From positions 124,001 through 164,653 of the forward strand of contig NOWV01000175.1 in NCBI GenBank assembly GCA_003344405.1: a stretch of DNA of 40,653 nucleotides. Reading direction: 5' to 3'. The DNA is from Trichoplax sp. H2 (Eukaryota). Shown here piece by piece: positions 27,155 through 36,416 of the stretch (within the stretch, counting starts at the first letter, position 1; each line of letters opens with the position of its first letter). A program made the position numbers and the translations under genes. Below the pieces are notes generated by a model, which worked only from the letters and a program-made list of their open reading frames with translations, ran no database searches and was not told the DNA's origin.

Positions 27155-28950
27155 TGCAGTACTGTATACTCTAAACAGTGCACTGTACACTGTACAGTGT
27201 ACACGGTAGAGTAACGGACAACCGATTGGCAGGACAATACACCTACAGTACAGTACATGTTGAGTGCAGGCACAAGTACTGTCCATGCTGTACAGTACAG
27301 TACAGTACTGTACCCTGTACTCAGACCATCCTACAGTATAAAAGTTATCGCTATTACAGTACTAGTAGTACTGTACTGTACTGTACACTGTATGCTTTTT
27401 AACAGTACAGTACAGTACGTACAGTACTCCATTCAAAATTCTCTCTCGGTACACGGTAGAGTACGGACCACCGATTGGCAGGACAATACACCTACACTCC
27501 TACAGTACATGTTGAGTGCCGGCACAAGTACTGTACTGTCCATTACAGTATAAAAGCCATCGCTATTACAGTACTAGTAGTACAGTACACTGTACTGTAC
27601 AATATGCTTTTTAACAGTACAGTACACTAGTACAGTACTGTACTGTACTTGTACTCCATTCAAAATTCTCTCTCGGTACACGTACAGTACAGTACACTGT
27701 ACTGTACATGTACTGTACACTGTACAGTACAGTACAGTATGAACCAACAGCTGTTACAGTACAGTACTGTAACACTGTACACTGTAGGCGATAGTCCTGT
27801 CGATTACAGTGTACTGTACTGTACAATACAGTGCCCACCAAAGTACTGTACACTGTACACTGTACACTATTGTACGTGTTCTAGTCGGTAGTGTACAGTA
27901 CGCCAGCGCAGTAGTGGGTGGAATGCGGTCTGAAAGTGCTATACTAAGCAGACATGGTAGCGACATACTGTATTTCAGCAATGTTGCAAGGGGGATTGGA
28001 TGCATCTTTCCATCGATCCGTTAGAAGACGCGAGGAGAAGCCTTTACATGCCTTTGGATAAGCTCATTACAGTATTTGCTTTCTTTTAGTGTGGGTCGAT
28101 ACTGGTTAATCAAGTGGCGTGCAGTTGATTAAGGTTGAAGAAACGCCATCGANNNNNNNNNNNNNNNNNNNNGTACTCCATTCAAAATTCTCTCTCGGTA
28201 CACGGTAGAGTACGGACCACCGATTGGCAGGACAATACACCTACACTCCTACAGTACATGTTGAGTGCCGGCACAAGTACTGTACTGTCCATTACAGTAT
28301 AAAAGCCATCGCTATTACAGTACTAGTAGTACAGTACACTGTACTGTACAGTATGCTTTTTAACAGTACAGTACACTAGTACAGTACTGTACTTGTACTC
28401 CATTCAAAATTCTCTCTCAGTACAGTACACGTACAGTACACTGTACTGTACATGTACTGTACAGTTCACGGTAGAGTAACGGACCACCGACTGGCAGGAC
28501 GATACACCTACAGTACAGTACATGTTGAGTGCAGGCACAAGTACTGTCCATTACAGTACTGTACTGTATAAAAGCCATCGCTATTACAGTACTAGTAGTA
28601 CACTGTACTGTACAGTATGCCTTTTAACAGTACTGTACAGTACAGTATAGTACGGTACAGTACAGTACTCCATTCAAAATTCTCTCTCGGTACACGTACA
28701 GTACAGTACTGTACACGGTAGAGTAACGGACCACCGACTGGCAGGACGATATACCTACAGTACATGTTGAGTGCAGGCACAAGTACAGTACTGTACAATG
28801 TACTGTACATGCTGTACTGTACAGTACTGTACACTGTACTCAGACGGTCAGACCATCCCAAAAAGTCATCGCTAGTACAGTACTGTATACTGTAAGTGTA
28901 CAGTACAGTACAGTAAAGTACAGTACTGTACTGTACATACTGTACAGTAT
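27155..28950. repeat. ~220-270-bp tandem repeat heavily interspersed with CAGTA/TACTG pentamers
   Basis: Core CTCCATTCAAAATTCTCTCTC at 27427, 27654, 28177, 28398 and 28667. Core GGTAGAGTA(A)CGGAC.ACCGA.TGGCAGGAC at ~27205, 27455, 28204, 28470 and 28716. Confidence 0.92.
28153..28172. other. Assembly gap (20 N)
   Basis: Run of 20 n within the repeat. Confidence 1.
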
Positions 28951-29255
28951 AACAACAACGAAACTTACTTATTGGTTAAATTCTTCTTCATATTTAGGCC
29001 AAGCTAGCAAACAAAGAATAAAAAGAGCTGGATTCGACGCTAATTCAGTATATAGCTTTCAAAGTAAGTTTATAAAATATTTTGAAATTGTATGCACCGA
29101 AACGCCTCAAATTTAGAAGGCAAGATTATTAAATTTCTAACGGCTCTCTGCTAAGGAGTTAATTCTAGAATACTAATATCAAAGCAATAAAAGCTAAATA
29201 GAGAATAACGTTTTCTTGGAATTCAACACTGTCAAAAATGTTACAATATACAATA

Positions 29256-29367
29256 CTAGTGCAAACTCCCGTCGCTTTGCTGACGGTTTACGATAATGTG
29301 CTCATTTAACAGATAGTATTACCATTTGTCGTAGACCTGTCAGAGGTTCAGTAACTTTATACCGTGT
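29256..29367 (-). mobile_element. Helitron-like 3' terminus, copy 1
   Basis: Minus strand reads CCGTC-AGCAAAGC-GACGG (hairpin 29269-29286), then 9 nt, then CTAG|T (29256-29259). This is the canonical Helitron 3' end. Confidence 0.6.
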
Positions 29368-29509
29368 ACTGTGTAGTAGTAGAGTGTATGACATATACTG
29401 ATATACATACCGCATTTCTCTAATCTTACAGTAACTCTCCATTTTTAGCTAAGTGGAACACTCTTACCCACTCATTCATACCGTATAATATACAGTATAT
29501 ATATATATA

Positions 29510-29592
29510 TTAGTGCAAGCTCCCGTCGCTTTACTGACGGTTTACGATAATGTGCTCATTTAACAGAGGTTCAGTAACTTTATACCGTACCG
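29510..29592 (-). mobile_element. Helitron-like 3' terminus, copy 2
   Basis: Near-identical to copy 1 (hairpin 29523-29540, CTAA end next to (TA)n), with an internal ~30-bp deletion between CAGA microhomologies. Confidence 0.55.
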
Positions 29593-30910
29593 TGTAATCC
29601 TGTGACTTTTCATAAATGTGAGTTTATGAAAGGCGAAAGCGGCTGGAAACAATTACAAGCTGTTGACTTTACTGACTGAGAACGTGGTAAGTATATCAGT
29701 TTTATTACTCTACAAATTTGAATTTGCAGCTATGTCGTTGCCAAAATTTTAATCGAAAATTTTGTCCAATAAATCAAATTAAATACTCTAATCAGGATTG
29801 CAAGAATAGCACAAATTCCAGTTTACTATTGGGAATTTAGCTATAACTTCAACATCATAACCTGATTTCTTGCTCAATGTATATTTTCGTCTACTTTTAA
29901 AAGATGCTAAAATAGGAATGGTTCTCAATTCCAAATATGAGAACATTAATGGCCAATATGCGGATATGATTAGTCCCCCAATGGTGAAATCTCATGAAGC
30001 AAATTCAATTAGGGTAATTCCTTACTGGTATTTAAGATGATGATTTGAAGATCAGCTTACTTTGCAAAAATTTAAACTCTCATGACTATATGAAAAATTT
30101 AGGCTTGAAAGATAATTATTACGCTTATGTCCAGAGATTTCCATATAATTCGACAGTTTCTACAGCAATTCTACGAAGTCCAGTTTTACGACGAAATTCA
30201 GATAGTCAGTCAGTGGAGGTAGCTTCAAAAAGTCGGGCTGTTTTCTTTAAGACAGATTTCTATAAGCTATTATGACAATGCCAACATCAAATTGACTCAT
30301 TTCTATTACATTTGATTTTGCAAAAAAGATGTATTACCGTCGTTTGATTATCGGCTTTCAAACTGGAACCTACGCTATCAGGTATCAATACGTTAACAGC
30401 ACATTTATCACCTTAGATTTTGGAGTTTTAGTTCCAAGTTCTCGAGAGAGCTGGAGTAAAGTTGGTGTTCCGCCGAATCAATTCTATCCCACCGAAGATT
30501 TTACTGTAAGTCATGCAAAATAAATCTTAAGATACGAGTTAATTACGTCTTATTTACGGCAAATACTTTTATTCGCTCAATTATCCATACAGATGGAAAT
30601 CGTGTATGAACTGCGTGGCTCAAGTACACCGTCTTCAGGCGGCATCCTAATCGATGATATTGAAGTAACTAATTCCAAGGAAGGTAATGATTACCAAATA
30701 GAATATAGAAAAATGAAATAGGAACAAGGCTTAATTTTTTGATGGAGTACCTTATGGTGTTATTGTGTCTTAAAGACTAAAAAGTTCTTCAATACGCTAG
30801 TTAATTCCGGAACCAATAAAGCATTTGGTCTATTTCATGCTGCAACCGTGGTGGGGATAGCCATTTTGAGTACCTTGCTGACACTATCGCCCTCGAGTCT
30901 GCTATTTTGA
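29593..30910 (+). pseudogene. MAM-domain protein with C-terminal GPI-anchor-like signal, disrupted at its 5' end
   Basis: Phase-compatible exons ~29593-29686, 29916-30013, 30329-30505, 30593-30683 and 30801-30910: KCEFMKGESGWKQLQAVDFTD*ERGMVLN...YADMISPP...MYY...ESWSKVGV...GGILIDDIEV...NSG..FHAATVVGIAILSTLLTLSPSSLLF*. MAM motifs CxF..GW, DW, SP and IxIDDI are present, with TGA 29677-29679 at the conserved Trp. Confidence 0.7.
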
Positions 30911-31149
30911 TTTATGGATGCTTCTGGATAGGCGAAATTGGACCAAAGCCTTTAACGCTTATTGTTGTAATTATTTAGATAATTAATAGATCTCAGATAC
31001 TCTGATCCAATATTTATAGTAGTTTTTACAAGTACGTTCAGCTCAATGCCTGAATGTGGGACTAAGCAAAGTACTCTGATTATTAGCAAGATTATCGAAG
31101 ATAACAGAGTATCTAATACTGTATGAGATCTAATTTAACTTAGGTAATT

Positions 31150-31612
31150 ATTATTTTACAACATTGACACGAGATCCAATAAGCTGAAAGTTTTTCGACG
31201 CTTGATGTGGATACCGAAGTTGTAACATTTAATGGTAGTTTATTAACAACTTACAACGCTAACGATAGATTCAATAAGAAGTAAGTCTTCTGCCACTTAG
31301 CATGGATACCAACTTTTTTAGTTTTATTGATAGTTTATTAATAACTTATAATGCTAAGACAGATCTAATAAGGTGTATACTTTCTGACTCTTGATATGGA
31401 TTCCGAAGTTTTTAACTTTTAATAATAGTTTATTAATAACTTAAAACGTTAACGATATATCTAACAAAGCGCATGTATTATGATACTTGATATGGATACT
31501 AAAATTTCTAGTTTTTAATAACAGTTACTAATAATTTTAATGACAGATCCAATATGTTGCAAGTCATTTGACATTAGATATGGATACGAAAATATTTAGC
31601 TTTTAATAATTG
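31150..31612. repeat. Degenerate ~95-bp tandem repeat, about 5 copies
   Basis: TGGAT(A/T)C marker at 31208, 31303, 31397, 31493 and 31581, with shared AGAT(C/T)(C/T)AATAA and TTTATTAA(T/C)AACTT blocks. Confidence 0.85.
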
Positions 31613-34469
31613 TAATAGAAGTTATTTAGCCTAGTAACTACAGCAATGTCAGTTTGCTTAGGAAAGTCAAAGTTAGAAAGATCAAATAAAGCATTTGAAA
31701 TTATAAATCATATTTTGATGGAGATTTAATGACTGATCCAATAATTTTTTGTTTATATACTGATACTTGAGTGTAAGGAATAGTCCACAGATACTATACA
31801 CATTTGCCATAAACTAATGGGGCATTGTTGAAATATGCCGGTTGTACAATTTTACTTACATTAGTATCAGAATGCGAGATAAATCTAGAATATAACACAG
31901 TGTAGAATCTAATAGTAAACAACCTTAATTAATATAAATCAATCAACGATCAATTAAGACCTAGAGAATCAGCACCACTAAATCATTTAAGAGACTCAAA
32001 TTAATAATAACTCACTAACAAGTAAGGTTGGTGCTAAATTAAATATCATAATAAACATAATCATGTCATAGTCCATTATCACTTCCAACTACAAATTAAT
32101 TTACACATAACAAGAATGAACATCGTGACACGCACTAAAATTTTTACTAACAGTTACTGGAGAGCGTATTGAATGTTGGTGCTAGACATGGTTACAAAAC
32201 TCAATCGTTTCTTGGTTTAGAAGAAAGTTATCCAAAACTACTGTTTCTACTATTTCCCCGAAATGGTTTACTTTAAAAGATATGTGGCCAACGGATTGCT
32301 TTGGGCTCTACTCAATTGTAGGTAGTATTCATTCCAATAATAATTTTGGATACTGTAAGGAGCGATATAAGCGAATCAAATCAAATTTGTACAGGTAGTT
32401 GTTACTTAACTAAACTTGCCTAATCTAAACTAATTAAATTACCGTAGATAAGTAACAATGACTGAGAAATGCACTTTCGGAATCTTCTAGCTATATCTTT
32501 ATTCTAGAAAATACAAGTCTGATTTAATATTCAAAATCAATCATTTAAATAGCTGTTCTAGCAATAAAACCAGCTTACGATGTGTGATATATTTCGACCA
32601 ATAAGACTTCGTGAATACATTAAATTATTCCTAGTCTAATCCAATGAATTTGTAATATTAATATAGATTAACTTTATGTTTCCTCTAGCTTATAATTAAC
32701 AGGATTTATATCGAATTTACCATTGACAATTCATATACTATATTTAGTATAATTTAAGCTGTATTAGGAACAGGTTTGTATCGGCTATATTAAGTCTTAA
32801 ATTAATTCATGCACAAATCCTAATTGATAACTATCTTATCGTGATCCATATACATATCTAAATTAAGTAAGATATCATTCATCACAGTTGATTCACTACC
32901 GTGACAAAAGTACAGTTTGCACAGCGTTTCTGTATAGGGAATAACAATGAATGTCTGTATTTCCGGGTAGGAAGTCAGAATAATTGTGAATTTCTCTGTA
33001 ATATATAGGTAATGTAGGAGTATGTCCAGTTCAGTGTGTTGTGTATTTATATTTGTTTCTGTTACGAAATCAAGGTTACTGCAAACCTTAACATTAAAAA
33101 AAATGATGTTGTATGACGTCGTTGTATAACACTGTAATTTAGTAGCAAGTCATTATCAACCAATATTACGATATATTGTATTCAAAAGCTAGTCAAATTA
33201 TGAATTATCTTGACCAGCTCTAACAGGGTTTGCAGCCATCGTCACCTTACATTTCTGCTTTATTCGCTGCAAAACAAAAAGACAGGGTTAGATGTAGAGC
33301 GAAGTAAGTCTACGAATGTACAGTTATGTAGATACTGGATTGTCACTTAAGAGCTTTGCTGATGTCATTTTTTTAAATCGAATAAACTTATGCTAAGCAG
33401 TATCACTATGCTCAAATCTAATTTAATACGGTATAACATTGTTTTGTACAATTGATACACCAAATACAAGTTTCATAACGAAATTAAAACGACCAAACTA
33501 GCTAAGACCAAATAGGCTATGATTAAACTGTGATTATTGACAGGTGGCTGAAGGGTTGTTATAAAATTGAAATAGGGTTAGGTTTTCTTAAGATATTATT
33601 GGCTTTAGATTGATTTTATCGCAATGATAAATCAGTATTTGTATGAATGCTATCGATTTGTTTGTGATATAATCTTGTCATACGCAACAGAAATTGATGA
33701 GAATTAAATCATTTGGCTGGCTTAAGTTAAAATCTCATACTAATGAAATGAATAACTTCTAATTGGCTAGGTCTGTACTTACGTATCGTGATAAGATAAG
33801 CCAACATGAGTGTCAAAGAAGTTAAAACAGTATACAAATTCAATGAAATGAAATTGCAAATTAGCCAATCGTTAACAAGAGTTGGACTCAGGCATATTTT
33901 GTCAAGATTACTTTACAGTTTACGAAGATGATGTCAAGATACGAGAATAAAAGTAGTAGTCGATAAAAGTTGGCAATCGCAGTAGCTAAGGTAGTCGAAT
34001 GCAATACTGTTGGACTGTGAAGAATGCATCTAGGCTAAATAGAATTTAGAAAAATGTGAAAAGAGTAGCCCATACATGTAATTTTGGAGCTGATTAGAAA
34101 GAAGAATTCAGAATAGCTTGCAACCCACAATATTTATTTCTATTGACTCAAAATCTCCCTATCTAACATTGCTTCCAGTATAATTTCATTGTAATATAAG
34201 TGCTTTTATTTTCCAATGCTACGAGTTATCGTGCAGATATTATCAATGCTAGCATGCATAAATACTAAAATGGACGAAAAGTATACTTCTGCAGTATTGA
34301 AATACTCGTGTCGTGAGTTTAGCATTTGAGTTCAATTCTGATTTAAACGTGGAATTACTAATATGCGCAACAGTATGCTATAATACTTGCGTAGTTTAAC
34401 GCAATTGGTTGCTCGTACCCCGTGTAATGTAACTAGTATTGTGATTGTAGACCGTTTGCCATGTTTAGC

Positions 34470-35373
34470 ATGCCGTTTGGATTACACAGTGCTCCAGCTA
34501 CGTTCCAGCGTTTGATGGATGCAGTGCTAAAAGATTTACAGGGAGTTGCTAGTGTCTACTTGGATGACACTATCGTCTATAGTGCAAATTGGAAAGAACA
34601 TTTGCAGCACCTGGGAACTGGTATTCGATCGATTGCGACAATTTGGATTAAGTGTTATAGAAGAAAAGTGCAATTTCGCAAGCAACACTGTGTCACATTT
34701 GGGACACACGATTGGAAATGGACGAATAGCGCCTATAGATGTACATGTTAGAGCCATAATAAAATTAAAGACGCCAACTACGAAGAAAGAAGTACGTTCA
34801 TATCTTGGAGCTGTTGGCTATTATAGGAAATTCATAAAAGAATATACCGAATGGACTGCGCCATTGGTAGAATTGACTAAGAAGGCAAAGATGAATGAAG
34901 TGAAATGGACCGAACAATGTGAAGAAAGCTTCCAGAAATTAAAGGAGAAATTAGCAAGTGGTCCGACTTTGAAAATTATAGAGCCGGATAAGAAATTCAT
35001 CCTGCAAACGGACGCCTCCGAAGTTGGTCTTGGAGCCGTATTGTCTCAATTGGATGAAAAAGGCGAAGAAAGACCCGTAATATTTGCTAGCCGAAAACTG
35101 AAGCAAGCTGAAATCAATTACACGGTAATTGAAAAAGAGTGTTTAGTTGTTGTTTACGCTGTAAAATTGTTCTACATTTACTTAGATGGTCGAGTGTTTG
35201 TTTTACAAACTGACCATAAGCCGTTAATATGGCTTGCTCATATGTGTAACGATAACCAGCGGTTAATGCGTTGGTCTATGTTTTTGTCGCAGTTTAAGGT
35301 TAATATTAGACATAGACCGGGTAAAAGTAATGGCAATGCAGACGTATTATCTAGACTAGTAATGGATAATTGA
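34470..35373 (+). pseudogene. pol: pol fragment: C-terminal half of RT plus RNase H, one frameshift near 34615
   Basis: MPFGLHSAPATFQRLMD...YLDD...EHLQHL, frameshift, then KCNF...YLGAVGYYRKFI...FILQTDASEVGLGAVLSQ...FASRKL...EKECL...TDHKPL...RW...GKSNGNADVLSR, then stop. Confidence 0.93.
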
Positions 35374-35458
35374 TTATTTGACCAGCGTGCCGGGAAAACT
35401 TTCGTAAGCTTGTTAGTTTGTAGAATTTTGTATTGGTACAAAATTCTAGACGGACGAA

Positions 35459-36012
35459 AGTAACGTAACTAGTATTGTGATTGTAGACTGTTAGCCATGT
35501 TTAGTATAATAATGTACGGTAGATATTTATCCTATGAGATATTTGGTAGACATAACTATAGACTGTGGTGGTATAGACTCTATGCTAGAGTGCAGATGAC
35601 TATATACAGTAAGGTGTTGAGTTACTAATAATGCTATAGGTAAAAATAGAACTGTAAATCATATGTTAGGATATGGTTAATTCATCGTACTTTGGCTGGT
35701 GTGAATAATGTCTACGTAAGTACTGTTGTCGTATCCATATCGGATTAATGATGGTCCGCAGTAGAATAGTCTTACTAAGAATAATTTAACTATGTGTAAA
35801 AAAAGGTAAAAGGTTGCCATGCGGATTGTAGCTGCGAATGCTACGGAAAGTATAAAAGCATGCAACTTTAGATTATTCTGTTAGTTCGTTGTAGAAGTCT
35901 TTAGAAGTAGTATTCGGCTAGAGAAGAGCTGTGTGTAGTTAATCTTTGTATAAGATCCAATAAAGCCCTTATTTTATTAAAATTTGGAATTTCGTGATTG
36001 GTATATATCACA
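35459..36012 (+). repeat. 3' LTR (~554 bp)
   Basis: Begins AGTAACGTAACTAGTATTGTG after a purine-rich AGACGGACGAA tract, contains TATAAAA (35851) and AATAAA (35959), and ends ATCACA before the TSD. Confidence 0.85.
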
Positions 36013-36090
36013 CCCCGGTAAAATATGGTAATTTAATGCCCGTATTTAGCGCGTGAAAGCGTGATAATGTTACTACCATCACTTACTAGG

Positions 36091-36416
36091 AGATAGAGAA
36101 GACCTGAACCCACACGAAAAATAATAACAAAAAGATAATAAAAGGAAATAAAAAATATAACACTAAAAATCGAATATATACGCCGCGCGAGCGCAAAGAA
36201 ATATATATATCGTTTCAACTCTGTAATTTTCTATATATATTTATGCAATAATGTATTATTGCATAAATATATATAGAAAATTACAGAGTTGAAACGATAT
36301 ATATATTTCTTTGCGCTCGCGCGGCGTATATATTCGATTTTTAGTGTTTCATTTTTTATTTCCTTTTATTATCTTTTTGTTATTATTTTTCGCGTGGGTC
36401 CAGGTCTTCTCTATCT
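36091..36416. mobile_element. 326-bp palindromic TIR-only element with AG...CT ends and 6-bp TSD (Polinton/Maverick-like mini-element)
   Basis: Arms 36091-36252 and 36255-36416 are reverse complements (4 mismatches counted) around a 2-nt spacer. Ends are AGATAGAG...CTCTATCT, and the direct repeat ACTAGG lies at 36085-36090 and 36417-36422. Confidence 0.85.

Larger units (their letters stand above)
34423..36012 (+). mobile_element. Internally deleted Ty3/gypsy (Gmr1-like) LTR retrotransposon
   Basis: TG...CA ends (34423, 36012) are flanked by a CCCCG TSD (34418-34422, 36013-36017). The first ~46 bp of the 5' LTR match the start of the 3' LTR (35459). The internal part encodes RT-RNase H. Confidence 0.92.

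Noticed and set aside
26938-28861. Many Tyr/Cys/Thr/Val-rich ORFs (also at 4133-4797)
   Set aside because: Artefacts of translating CAGTA/TACTG low-complexity DNA.
29677-29679. In-frame TGA as selenocysteine or readthrough
   Set aside because: It aligns to a conserved Trp (TGG to TGA), not Cys, and no SECIS was recognised.
32154-32394. Exon-like segment (AG...GT) reading IECWC*TWLQ...SPKWFTLKDMWPTDC
   Set aside because: In-frame stop, only a vague LRR-CT resemblance and no partner exons.
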